Source: Thermoplasmata archaeon
GTDB taxonomy: Archaea; Thermoplasmatota; Thermoplasmata; Lutacidiplasmatales; UBA184
DNA: 64,000 bases
Reading direction: 5' to 3'
Assembly: GCA_049675585.1 (NCBI GenBank)
Contig: JBAUAJ010000168.1
Location: 12,388 to 76,387 of the forward strand
In this document: in pieces, positions 27,598-36,316 of the stretch
Position numbering within the stretch: the first letter of the stretch is position 1
Layout of the letters: each line of letters begins with the position of its first letter
Program-made: the position numbers and the translations under genes
Notes under the pieces: model-generated
What the model saw: the letters and a program-made list of their open reading frames with translations, nothing else
What the model was told of the DNA's origin: nothing
Databases searched by the model: none

Positions 27598-28977
27598 GTG
27601 CCTCGATGGATCTCGGACGAGCCCGGCGAAGAGGCCGCGATGCTCGCCGAGCTCGGCGTGGCGTCGATCGATGACCTGTTTCGCGACATTCCGAAAAAGG
27701 CGCGGGTCGGCCGTCTCGGGATCGGGGCCGGAAAGGAGGAGCCCGACGTCGTGCGCGAGGTCGACAAGCTGCTCGACCGGAACCGCCCGCTCGGCAAGTT
27801 CGCAACGTTCCTCGGCGGTCGGATCGCCCATCGATACGTGCCGGCCGCCGTGGACGCGATCGTTTCGCGCAGCGAGTTCTACACCGCGTACACCCCGTAT
27901 CAACCCGAAGCGAGCCAGGGAATGCTCCGGGCGTTGTTCGAATTCCAGAGCCTCTGGGTCGAGTTGACGGGCCTCGACCTCGCGAACGCCTCGCTCTACG
28001 ATGGGGCGACGGCGGCGGGCGAGGCGCTCCTGTTCTGCCGGCGGATCCACGAGGGATCTCGGTTCCTCGTCCCCGCGAGCCTGCCGTGGGAGGAGCGCAG
28101 CGTGCTCGCGAACTATGCGAGCGGGCCGGGCCTGCGCGTCGAAGAGATCCCGTTCGACCTGCGCACGGGTCGGCTCGATCTCGAGTTCGTTCGGCGGGAG
28201 GTCGCGACAAAAGAGGTCTGCGGGGTGCTCGCGGACGTTCCGAACGGATTCGGGCATCTCGACGAAGGGATCCTCGACCTCAAGTCGATCCTCAAGGACG
28301 TGCCGCTGGTCGTCTCGGCCGACCCGCTCTCGCTCTCCGTCCTCGAGCCCCCGGGGGCGTACGGGGCCGACGTCGTGGTCGGAGAGGGGCAGGGGTTCGG
28401 CGTCTCGCCCTCGTTCGGAGGCCCCCTCCTCGGGCTGTTCGCCTGTCGGAAGGAACATGTCCGCCAGGCTCCGGGCCGGATCGTGGGCGCCACCGTCGAC
28501 CGAGAGGGACGCTCGGCCCGCGCGCTGACGCTTCAAACCCGGGAGCAGCACATCCGCCGGTCCCGCGCCATGTCCAACATTTGCACGAACGAGTCGTTGA
28601 TGGCCCTCGCGTTCGTCGTGTACGCGAGCACGGTCGGACCGCGGGGACTCGCGGCCCTGCAAACCTCCCTCGCCGAGAAGGCGCGGACCCTCGCGAGCGC
28701 CCTCGGGGGGATCGAGGGACTGCTCGCGCCCCGATTTGATGCGCCCTATCTCGGGGAGTTCACGATCGAGCTCTCGCACGGGACGGCGGCCGGCTTTCTC
28801 GACCGCCTGCGCCGGCGCAAGATACTCGGAGGGCATCCGCTCGCCGATCCCCGACCGGGAGCTTCGGCCGCGCCCGAGCGCATCCTCGTCGCGGCGACCG
28901 ACTCGGTCGGGGAGAAGGAGATCCAGAAGTACGCGACCGCGGCGAAGGCGTGGGCGGCTGCCGGAGGGCGACCGTGA
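27598..28977 (+). CDS. gcvPA: glycine dehydrogenase (decarboxylating) subunit 1
   Basis: The N-terminus EEAAMLAELGVASIDDLFRDIP and the YTPYQPEASQG motif are present. 459 aa. Confidence 0.9.
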   Translation: MPRWISDEPGEEAAMLAELGVASIDDLFRDIPKKARVGRLGIGAGKEEPDVVREVDKLLDRNRPLGKFATFLGGRIAHRYVPAAVDAIVSRSEFYTAYTPYQPEASQGMLRALFEFQSLWVELTGLDLANASLYDGATAAGEALLFCRRIHEGSRFLVPASLPWEERSVLANYASGPGLRVEEIPFDLRTGRLDLEFVRREVATKEVCGVLADVPNGFGHLDEGILDLKSILKDVPLVVSADPLSLSVLEPPGAYGADVVVGEGQGFGVSPSFGGPLLGLFACRKEHVRQAPGRIVGATVDREGRSARALTLQTREQHIRRSRAMSNICTNESLMALAFVVYASTVGPRGLAALQTSLAEKARTLASALGGIEGLLAPRFDAPYLGEFTIELSHGTAAGFLDRLRRRKILGGHPLADPRPGASAAPERILVAATDSVGEKEIQKYATAAKAWAAAGGRP

Positions 28978-30440
28978 CGTACCGCCAGGCCCGCTGGGAC
29001 GAACCGGACGTCTGGGACCTCGCGCCGTCGGCGGAGGCCGCCCCGGCGCCCGCCGTCCCCGGGGTCCCGGAGCGATTCCGCCGAAAGGAAGGCGTTCGGT
29101 GGCCGGAGCTCTCGGAGCCGGAGGTCGTCCGACACTACACCCGCCTCTCGCAGATGAATTTCGGGATCGACTCCGGCGCGTATCCGCTCGGTTCGTGCAC
29201 AATGAAGTTCAATCCGAAGGTCTCCGAGGTGCTGGCGCGCCGACCCGGTGCGGCGGCGCTTCACCCGTATCAACCCGAATCCACCGTGCAGGGGGCGCTC
29301 GAGCTCACCTGGCGCCTGGAGCGGATCCTGACCAAGGTCACCGGACTTCCGGAGGTCTCCCTGCAACCGGCCGCGGGCGCCCACGGAGAGTACGCGGCGC
29401 TGCTGATGGTCCGCGCGTACTTCCGCGACCAGGGGGAGGCGGATCGTCGCACGGAGATCCTGCTCCCCGACACCGCCCACGGAACCAACCCCGCGTCGGC
29501 GACGATGGCCGGCTTCACGACGCGGGAGATCCTCTCGAAGGAGGGGTGCGTCGATCTTGCCGCCCTGAAGGCAGCGGTGAGCGATCGCACGGCGTGCTTC
29601 ATGCTCACGAACCCGAACACGGCCGGTCTCTTCGAGAGCGAGATCCTCGAGATCGCCGAGACGGTCCACGCGGCCGGCGGGATGCTCTACTATGACGGCG
29701 CGAACCTGAACGCCATCCTCGGAGCGACCCACCCCGGGCGGATGGGGTTCGATGTCGCCCACCTGAACCTGCACAAGACGTTCGCCACGCCCCACGGCGG
29801 GGGAGGCCCCGGCGCCGGCGTGCTCGCCGCCGGCGAGAAGCTCGCCCCGTACCTTCCGGTCCCTCGCGTGGTGAAGGCGGGCCGAAAGTTCCGACTCGAC
29901 TACGATCGTCCGAAATCGATCGGGAAGATCAAGACGGCCTACGGCAATTTTGGGCTCGACCTGCGCGCCTACGCGTTCGCGATCTCGCACGGCGAGGAGG
30001 GGCTGAAGCACGTCGCCCGTCGAGCGGTGCTGAACGCGAACTACCTCGCAGCGCGTCTCGGCCGGACGCTCCCCCGACCGTTCCGGACGCTCGTCAAGCA
30101 CGAATTCCTGCTCTCGGGGACGCCGCTCAAGGAACGCGGGGTCCGGACGCTCGACCTCGCGAAGCGGCTGCTCGACGAAGGCGTGCACGCCCCGACGGTC
30201 TACTTCCCCGCCCTGGTCGACGAGGCGCTGATGATCGAGATGCCCGAGACGGAAAGCAAGCGCGAGCTCGATCGCTTTGCCGAGGCGTTCGAGCGCTGTG
30301 TGAACGACACCGCCGAACACCTCCACGAAGCCCCCCGTTCGCTCGCGGTCGGTCGCATCGACGAGGTGCGGGCGGCGCGCGAGCCGTTGCTCTCGTGGAA
30401 AGACCTGCGCAGCGCCCCCGCAAAGGTTGAAACCCCGTAG
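28974..30440 (+). CDS. gcvPB: glycine dehydrogenase (decarboxylating) subunit 2
   Basis: The PLGSCTMKFNP motif and the PLP-lysine region NLHKTFATPHGGGGPG are present. Its GTG at 28974 overlaps the gcvPA TGA (GTGA). Confidence 0.9.
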   Translation: MTYRQARWDEPDVWDLAPSAEAAPAPAVPGVPERFRRKEGVRWPELSEPEVVRHYTRLSQMNFGIDSGAYPLGSCTMKFNPKVSEVLARRPGAAALHPYQPESTVQGALELTWRLERILTKVTGLPEVSLQPAAGAHGEYAALLMVRAYFRDQGEADRRTEILLPDTAHGTNPASATMAGFTTREILSKEGCVDLAALKAAVSDRTACFMLTNPNTAGLFESEILEIAETVHAAGGMLYYDGANLNAILGATHPGRMGFDVAHLNLHKTFATPHGGGGPGAGVLAAGEKLAPYLPVPRVVKAGRKFRLDYDRPKSIGKIKTAYGNFGLDLRAYAFAISHGEEGLKHVARRAVLNANYLAARLGRTLPRPFRTLVKHEFLLSGTPLKERGVRTLDLAKRLLDEGVHAPTVYFPALVDEALMIEMPETESKRELDRFAEAFERCVNDTAEHLHEAPRSLAVGRIDEVRAAREPLLSWKDLRSAPAKVETP

Positions 30441-30455
30441 CGGCTCCGCGGCCCG

Positions 30456-31562
30456 ATGAAGGCCCGCATCGAGAAGATCTTCGCCCGCCTCGAAACGCCC
30501 GTCGACGCGCTCGTCCTCGCGAACGCCGTCGACCCTCACCTGGATCAGAGCTTCTTCTACCTGTTCGACGTCCCGAGCGGCCTGTTCGAGGGTTCCGTGG
30601 CGATCGCCCATGCGGACGGAAAGCTCGACGTGCTCGTCTCGCCGCTCGAGCTCGAGAGCGCCCAGGAGGCGGCCAAGGCGGATCCGCACGTCGCGGTCCA
30701 TCCCGCGACCCGCGAGGGGACCGACCCGCTCGTCCGGAAGCTGCTCGGGAGCGCGAAGACGGTCGGCCTGCACAACCGCGAGCTGACGCACGAATGGTTC
30801 CTCCGCCTCGACAAGCTCCTCCCGCAGACGAAGTGGGTGGACGCCTCGCCGGCGATCCGCAAGGCCCGCTCGACCAAGGACTCGGGCGAGATCGCGCGCC
30901 TCCGCAAGGCGGCGGAGATCGGGTCGGCGGTCGGCCGGGAGATCCCGTCGGCGATGAAGGCCGGGATGACCGAGCTCGAGCTCGCGGCGGAGATCGAGTA
31001 CCGCATGAACCGGCACGGCGCCAACGGCCGCTCGTTCGCCACGATCGTAGCGTTCGGAGCGCACGGGGCGGAGCCGCATTACGCGCCGGGGGAGACCCGG
31101 CTCGCCGCCGGTCAGTCGATCGTCTGCGACTTCGGCGCCTGGCACAAGCGGTATGCGAGCGACATCACGCGCTCGTTTCACTTCGGGAAGCGGGACGACG
31201 AGATGATGCGGGTGCACGAGACCGTCGAGAAGGCGCAAGCGGCCGCGTTCGCGGCGATCCGCCCGGGCGTGCCCGCGAAGGAGGTCCACCTCGCCGCGGA
31301 GCGCGTCATTGATGCGTCGCCCTGGAAGGGCCGTCTGATCCACGGAGTGGGGCATTCGATCGGGCTCGCCGTCCACGACGGGTGGTACTACGGGCCCCAG
31401 ATCGACGACCCGCTCGAGGAGGGGATGGCGTTCACGGTCGAGCCGGGGATCTACCTTCCCGGGCATGGCGGGGTCCGGATCGAGGACGACATCGTCGTCA
31501 CCAAGAACGGGTTCGAGTTCCTCACGACGGCCCCGCGAGAGTACATCGAGGTCTCGGCGTGA
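30456..31562 (+). CDS. M24-family Xaa-Pro aminopeptidase/dipeptidase
   Basis: The metal-ligand motifs DFGAWHKRYASDITR, HGVGHSIGLAVHD and GGVRIEDDIVVT are present. Confidence 0.85.
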   Translation: MKARIEKIFARLETPVDALVLANAVDPHLDQSFFYLFDVPSGLFEGSVAIAHADGKLDVLVSPLELESAQEAAKADPHVAVHPATREGTDPLVRKLLGSAKTVGLHNRELTHEWFLRLDKLLPQTKWVDASPAIRKARSTKDSGEIARLRKAAEIGSAVGREIPSAMKAGMTELELAAEIEYRMNRHGANGRSFATIVAFGAHGAEPHYAPGETRLAAGQSIVCDFGAWHKRYASDITRSFHFGKRDDEMMRVHETVEKAQAAAFAAIRPGVPAKEVHLAAERVIDASPWKGRLIHGVGHSIGLAVHDGWYYGPQIDDPLEEGMAFTVEPGIYLPGHGGVRIEDDIVVTKNGFEFLTTAPREYIEVSA

Positions 31563-32581
31563 GGTTCGGCGTCCTCACGGGCGGCGGCGACTGTCCGGGG
31601 CTCAACCCGGCGATTCGCGCGGTCGTCCTGCGGGCCGCTCGCTCCGGCCACTCTACGCTGGGATTCCTCGACGGGTGGAAGGGGGTGCGGGACGGGCTCG
31701 TCCGCCCTCTCGCCCCGGCGGACGTCCGCGAGCTCATCGGACGCGGCGGCACCGTGCTCGGCACGTCCCGGACCAATCCGTTCGCGAAAGAGGCGGATGC
31801 CGACCGGGTCGTGGCCACGCTCGCGCAGGAGAAGATCGACGCACTCGTCGCCATCGGCGGCGACGATACGCTCACCGCCGCCCGCGAGCTCCACCGTCGC
31901 GGCCGACCTGTGGTCGGCGTGCCGAAGACGATGGACAACGACGTCGGCGGCACCGACTGGACGTTCGGATTTCACTCGGCGACCGCGGTCGCCGTGGACG
32001 CGCTCGAACGCCTCCGCGACACCGCGGCGAGCCACCACCGGGCGATCGTGCTCGAGGTGATGGGGCGGCACGCGGGGTGGGTGGCGCTCGGCACCGGCCT
32101 CGCGGGCGGAGCGGATGCTACGCTCTTGCCCGAGGAGCGGTACGATGAAGCGGCGCTGGTCGCACGGGTCCGGGCCGGCGTCCGCGAGAAAGGGTACGCG
32201 CTGGTCGTCGCGAGCGAAGGGATCGACCTCGGCGCGGAAAAAGGGACGAAGGGCGCGTCGGATGAGTTTGGCCACGAGCTGCTGCGAGAGCGCGGCGTCG
32301 GCGCGGAGCTCGCTCGGCGCATCCAGCAGGCGACGGGCACCGAGACCCGGAGCGCTCAGATCGGTCACATTCAGCGGGGCGGGGCTCCGGAGCTGTTCGA
32401 CCGGATCCTCGCGACGCGCCTCGGCGCGGCGGCGGTAGATCTCGCGATCGCGGGTAAGTTCGGCCAGGTCGCCGTGCTGCGGGGCACCCAGATCACCGGC
32501 GTCCCGATCGAGGATGCCGTGGCGGCTCCGAAGATCGTCACGGCCGACTGGATCGATCTGCTCCGGACGTTCGAGCCGTAG
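31559..32581 (+). CDS. pfp: PfkA-family 6-phosphofructokinase, predicted pyrophosphate-dependent
   Basis: FGVLTGGGDCPGLN, IGGDDT (Asp, not Gly) and GVPKTMDND (Lys, not Gly) are present. Its GTG at 31559 overlaps the peptidase TGA. Confidence 0.85.
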   Translation: MRFGVLTGGGDCPGLNPAIRAVVLRAARSGHSTLGFLDGWKGVRDGLVRPLAPADVRELIGRGGTVLGTSRTNPFAKEADADRVVATLAQEKIDALVAIGGDDTLTAARELHRRGRPVVGVPKTMDNDVGGTDWTFGFHSATAVAVDALERLRDTAASHHRAIVLEVMGRHAGWVALGTGLAGGADATLLPEERYDEAALVARVRAGVREKGYALVVASEGIDLGAEKGTKGASDEFGHELLRERGVGAELARRIQQATGTETRSAQIGHIQRGGAPELFDRILATRLGAAAVDLAIAGKFGQVAVLRGTQITGVPIEDAVAAPKIVTADWIDLLRTFEP

Positions 32582-32588
32582 GTCCACG

Positions 32589-33584
32589 ATGCAGGTACGA
32601 GCTCTTTGGTTCCGCAAGGGAACTCTGTCTCTCATCGACCAGCGGGAGCTTCCCGCGAAGACGGTCGTCCGCAGCCTGACTCGGATAGAGGAGGTCGCCG
32701 AGGCGATCAAGAACATGACGGTCCGCGGCGCGCCGGCGATCGGGGCCGCGGCGGCCTACGGGATGGTGCTGGCCGCGCGGGAGGGCCGCAAGTCGCCGTA
32801 CCGTGCGGCCGAGATCCTGCGTCGGACCCGTCCGACGGCGAACGACCTGTTCGTCGGGATCGAAACGGTCCGTCGGGCGTGGGCGGCCGGTGAAGACCCG
32901 CTCGTCGCGGCGGACGCCTACCGGGCCCGGATCGTGGACGAATGCCACCGGATCGGGCTCGCCGGCGCACCGCTCCTCCAGAAGGTCCGTCGCGTCCTAA
33001 CCCACTGCAACGCAGGGGCCCTCGCGACGGTCGAGTGGGGGACCGCGCTGGCCCCGATCCGCGTCGCGCACGACCAGGGCGCGGACCTGTTCGTTTGGGT
33101 GGACGAGACGCGGCCGCTCCTGCAAGGGTCTCGCCTGACGGCGTGGGAGCTCGCCCGCGAGAAGATCCCGCACGCCGTGATCGCCGACAACGCGGCGGGC
33201 CACTACCTTTCCTCGGGACAGGTCGACGCCGTCATCGTCGGCGCCGACCGGATCGCGGCGAACGGAGATTTTGCGAACAAGATCGGCACGTACGAGAAAG
33301 CGGTCGTGGCGCGCGAGAACGGGGTGCCGTTCTATGTGGCCGCCCCGTGGAGCACCTTCGACGTGCGGCGCGCGTCGGGCGCCTCGATCCCGGTCGAGGA
33401 ACGGCCTCCGGAAGAGGTGCTCGAGATCGCCGGGCGGAGGATCGCCCCGATGCAGAGCCCGGCGATGAACCCCGCGTTCGACGTGACCCCAGCGAAGTAC
33501 GTCACTTCGTACATCACCCCCGACGGAGTCGTCCGCCCTTCGTCCGTGGCGGCGGCGGTGCGACGCGCTCGTCAGAGCGGCTGA
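32589..33584 (+). CDS. mtnA: S-methyl-5-thioribose-1-phosphate isomerase (eIF-2B alpha/beta/delta-like, MtnA type)
   Basis: LSLIDQRELP, NMTVRGAPAIGAAAAYG and VGADRIAANGDFANKIGTY are present. The start was set to ATG 32589. Confidence 0.85.
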   Translation: MQVRALWFRKGTLSLIDQRELPAKTVVRSLTRIEEVAEAIKNMTVRGAPAIGAAAAYGMVLAAREGRKSPYRAAEILRRTRPTANDLFVGIETVRRAWAAGEDPLVAADAYRARIVDECHRIGLAGAPLLQKVRRVLTHCNAGALATVEWGTALAPIRVAHDQGADLFVWVDETRPLLQGSRLTAWELAREKIPHAVIADNAAGHYLSSGQVDAVIVGADRIAANGDFANKIGTYEKAVVARENGVPFYVAAPWSTFDVRRASGASIPVEERPPEEVLEIAGRRIAPMQSPAMNPAFDVTPAKYVTSYITPDGVVRPSSVAAAVRRARQSG

Positions 33585-33715
33585 CCGAAGAACTGCTCCG
33601 CCCCGCGGAAGAAGGTACCGAGGGTGGCCCCGGCATTCACGCCGAGCTGGTGGAGGGCGAGCACGAGTCCGAGGACGGCCACGATCGAGACGAACCAGGC
33701 AGATCCAGCGCTCAT
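33572..33715 (-). CDS. candidate small membrane protein (47 aa)
   Basis: It falls below the track length cutoff. The sequence is MSAGSAWFVSIVAVLGLVLALHQLGVNAGATLGTFFRGAEQFFGQPL. It has one clear TM helix, and about 40 of 46 codons end in G/C. It overlaps the mtnA 3' end by 13 nt. Confidence 0.3.
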   Translation of the reverse strand: MSAGSAWFVSIVAVLGLVLALHQLGVNAGATLGTFFRGAEQFFGQPL

Positions 33716-33940
33716 CGTGCGACCTCGAGTACGCCGTTCGGACCGGGCGACGAGCTACAAAAACGTCGACTTCGACTGGCAGCACGGGTCGACCTGCTCT
33801 CCAACGTCCTCCCGGCCGAACGCGCGCGCGCCCGCCGGCGCGGGGGCGCGCGAACGCCCGGCTCGGTTTCGAGGGAGCGAACCGGCGGCCGCCGTGACTC
33901 GGCAAGATTCATAGCACCGGGCGGTTAGGGCAGCGGGGTT

Positions 33941-34044
33941 GCCCTGGTAGTCTAGCGGTCTAGGATGTAGGTCTGTCGAGCCTGCGACTCGGGTTCGAAG
34001 GCATCGGGGGCCGCACCCCCGAGCCGGAACTCCCGACCAGGGCG
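33941..34044 (+). tRNA. tRNA-Asp(GUC) with a 31-nt intron in the T-loop (59/60)
   Basis: Hand-folded cloverleaf. The acceptor is GCCCTGG/CCAGGGC. The anticodon stem is TAGGT/GCCTG with loop CTGTCGA (GTC at 33975-33977). The T-stem is TCGGG/CCCGA. Removing 34000-34030 restores the T-loop TTCGAAT. The discriminator is G and no CCA is encoded. The sequence was cross-checked against the translation of track ORF 33755..34717. Confidence 0.85.
34000..34030 (+). other. tRNA-Asp intron (BHB-flanked, non-canonical position 59/60)
   Basis: The central helix pairs TTCG (33994-97) with CGGA (34025-28). The 3-nt bulges are AAG (33998-34000) and ACT (34029-31). The inner helix is GC/GC plus a 7-bp hairpin (34004-10 with 34016-22), and the outer helix is the T-stem. 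Confidence 0.75.
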
Positions 34045-34099
34045 CCTCCCCGCGAGCCCGTCCGGGACGCCTTATGGGACCCGCGTTCATCGCCGCCCG

Positions 34100-34915
34100 A
34101 TGGGCGATCCCGACCCCGGGGGCCGCCGCCGCGGCGGGCCGTACCTCTCCCACGTCGTCGGCGATGCCCTTCGGGATCTCACGGAGAAGCGGCTCACGGA
34201 GCTCGTCCGCGGGGAGCCCGTTCCCCGCCATCTCGCGATCATCATGGACGGCAATCGCCGGTTCGCCGAGCGCGAAGGCTTGGACGTGAAGGGCGGCCAC
34301 GCCAAAGGCCGGGACACCCTCGAGGAGCTGCTCGACTGGTGCCTCGACCTCGGGATCCGGATCCTCACGGTCTACGCGCTGTCGACGGAGAACCTGGCGC
34401 GACCCAAGGAGGAGCTCGAGGGGCTCATGGACCTGTTCGACCGAAGCCTCCGAGATATCGCGACGGACGAACGCGTCCACCGGCACCGGATCCGCGTCCG
34501 GGTGTTCGGGAATCGTGCGCTCCTGCCCGCGCGCGTCCAGGAGGCGATCGGCATCGCCGAACGCGCCACCGAGCAGTACGCGGAGTACCGGTACAACGTC
34601 GCCCTCGGGTACGGTGGGCGGGACGAGATAGTGGATGCGATCCGGGCCCTCGCGCGCGAAGTGCAAGCGGGCCGGCTCGACCCGGCGGCGATCGACAGCG
34701 ACGCGGTCAGCCGCCACCTGTACACCGCCGACCTTCCGGATCCCGACCTGATCTTCCGGACGAGCGGGGAGGAGCGGATCTCGAACTTCCTCCTCTGGCA
34801 GTCGGCGTACTCCGAGCTGTACTTCTCGGACGTGATGTGGCCGGGACTCACCCGCCTTGATTTTCTGCGGGCGATCCGCTCGTTCCAGGTGCGCCGCCGT
34901 CGCTACGGAGGGTGA
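34100..34915 (+). CDS. uppS: cis-prenyltransferase (undecaprenyl-diphosphate synthase family)
   Basis: HLAIIMDGNRRFA, the DLIFRTSGEERISNFLLWQ motif and other family features are present. The N-terminal roughly 20 aa are uncertain. Confidence 0.9.
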   Translation: MGDPDPGGRRRGGPYLSHVVGDALRDLTEKRLTELVRGEPVPRHLAIIMDGNRRFAEREGLDVKGGHAKGRDTLEELLDWCLDLGIRILTVYALSTENLARPKEELEGLMDLFDRSLRDIATDERVHRHRIRVRVFGNRALLPARVQEAIGIAERATEQYAEYRYNVALGYGGRDEIVDAIRALAREVQAGRLDPAAIDSDAVSRHLYTADLPDPDLIFRTSGEERISNFLLWQSAYSELYFSDVMWPGLTRLDFLRAIRSFQVRRRRYGG

Positions 34916-36173
34916 CCGGCTCGGGTCGGTACCCGAGGTTCCAGACGGCGCGCGGGAAGAGGAAGGCGATCCCCGCCAGGATCCAAAGGATCGCCGCGAT
35001 CTCGTAGGACGAACGCACGCCGTACGCGAGGATGAGGAAGGCGCCCCCGATCTGGGCGACCGGAAGGATCGCCACGCTGCCCAGCCCGTCGATGCCGAAG
35101 TACCGGCCCTGCATCTCGGTCGGCACGAGCAGTTGAGCCGCCGTGAGCCAGGCCGTTCCGGCGAACGCAGAGCATAGCCCGAGGAAGAACAACGCCGCGA
35201 TGGCGACCTCCGGAACCGGAAAGAGGGCGAGCGCGAGCACGAGGGCGCCCGAGACCGCTCCGTACGGCACCACCCAGGCCCGGCCGGCCCACCGGACGGC
35301 GTTCGTGCGCCCGACCAGGAGGGCGCCGATCGCCGAGCCGACCACCTCGACCGCGAGCAGGAAGGCGTAGAGCAGCGCCGAGCCGTGCAGCACCAGCGTG
35401 GCGAAGACGACGAAAAAGGTGCCGACCAGGTTCGAGCAGAAGTTGAAGAACGTCGCCGAGAGGGTGAGCTGAAGGAATCCGGTCGCTCGCCACAGCCACC
35501 GAAACCCGTCGGCCACGTCCCGGAGGTAACTTCCCCGGGCGACGGGCCGGCGCCCGCCCGAGGGGGCCGGCACTACGATCCCGAGGAGGAGCAGTCCCGA
35601 GATCGCGAAGGTGAGCGAGTTCGCGGCGATGCCGAGCAGCGGACCGACCGTGACGATCAGGACCCCGCCGAGCGCGACACCCACGAACTGCAGGGCGTAC
35701 CGACTGGAGCGCACGAGCCCGTTCGCATCGGCGACCAGCGGCGCCTCCACGAGCGCCGGAACGATCGCCTGCTCGGCAGGGCTAAAGATCGTCGTGAACG
35801 CCCCGACCACGAAGTACGCCGCCAGCAGGGGGAGCAGCGTGAATCCCGCGACCTGGAGGATCAGTACCACCGCCCCGAGCGCGGCCGCCCGCGCGAAGTC
35901 GGCTCCGATCATCAGCCTCCGCCGATCGTACCGGTCCACCCAGGTCCCGCCGAAGACGCTGAACAGGATCGCCCCGGCGAGCCACGACGTCCCGAGGATC
36001 GCGACGTCGAGGGCGGAGTGCGTCGAGGCGTACACGAGCCACACGATGCAGACGCCGGCGATCGACGAGCCGGCGACCGAACCGAGGCCCGCGGCGAAGA
36101 CCCGGGCGAACGCCCGGTTCGAGAGCAGCCGACGATACCGGGGGGGCGACGTCGTCTCCCGGCCGCGGTGCAT
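34848..36173 (-). CDS. MFS transporter (EntS/MFS_3-like)
   Basis: It has about 12 TMS and the motif GGTWVDRYDRRRLM. The start was set to ATG 36173, because the longer ORF would run into the thermosome promoter. Its 3' end overlaps uppS by 68 nt (convergent). Confidence 0.75.
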   Translation of the reverse strand: MHRGRETTSPPRYRRLLSNRAFARVFAAGLGSVAGSSIAGVCIVWLVYASTHSALDVAILGTSWLAGAILFSVFGGTWVDRYDRRRLMIGADFARAAALGAVVLILQVAGFTLLPLLAAYFVVGAFTTIFSPAEQAIVPALVEAPLVADANGLVRSSRYALQFVGVALGGVLIVTVGPLLGIAANSLTFAISGLLLLGIVVPAPSGGRRPVARGSYLRDVADGFRWLWRATGFLQLTLSATFFNFCSNLVGTFFVVFATLVLHGSALLYAFLLAVEVVGSAIGALLVGRTNAVRWAGRAWVVPYGAVSGALVLALALFPVPEVAIAALFFLGLCSAFAGTAWLTAAQLLVPTEMQGRYFGIDGLGSVAILPVAQIGGAFLILAYGVRSSYEIAAILWILAGIAFLFPRAVWNLGYRPEPVTLRSDGGAPGTSGSPAENQGG

Positions 36174-36255
36174 GGCTCCGCGGAGCACGTGCGCGGCGGA
36201 TGAACGTCGCCGTCCGTCCCCCGCTGTCCCCGCTCCCCGAGAAATGTAGGCAGTG

Positions 36256-36262
36256 TTAAATA
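36256..36262 (+). promoter_or_regulatory. TATA-like box (TTAAATA) of the thermosome gene; a GGAGG Shine-Dalgarno lies at 36304-36308
   Basis: This is one of the few A/T islands in the region, about 55-60 nt upstream of ATG 36317. GGAGGT sits 8 nt before the ATG, so this gene is leadered, unlike most others here. Confidence 0.5.
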
Positions 36263-36316
36263 CAACCGCTTGGTTACCAAATTCGAAAACTGAGCTCACG
36301 CTCGGAGGTTTGAACT

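Noticed and set aside
28746-31466. 906-aa minus-strand ORF, and similar ORFs at 43558-46155, 36296-38080, 20726-22543, 59535-61511 and 9683-11425
   Set aside because: Each is antisense to a gene with unambiguous family motifs: gcvPB with the M24 peptidase, smc, the thermosome, the radical SAM gene, NFACT and aIF5B. All have Arg/Pro/Gly/Asp/Glu-rich compositions.
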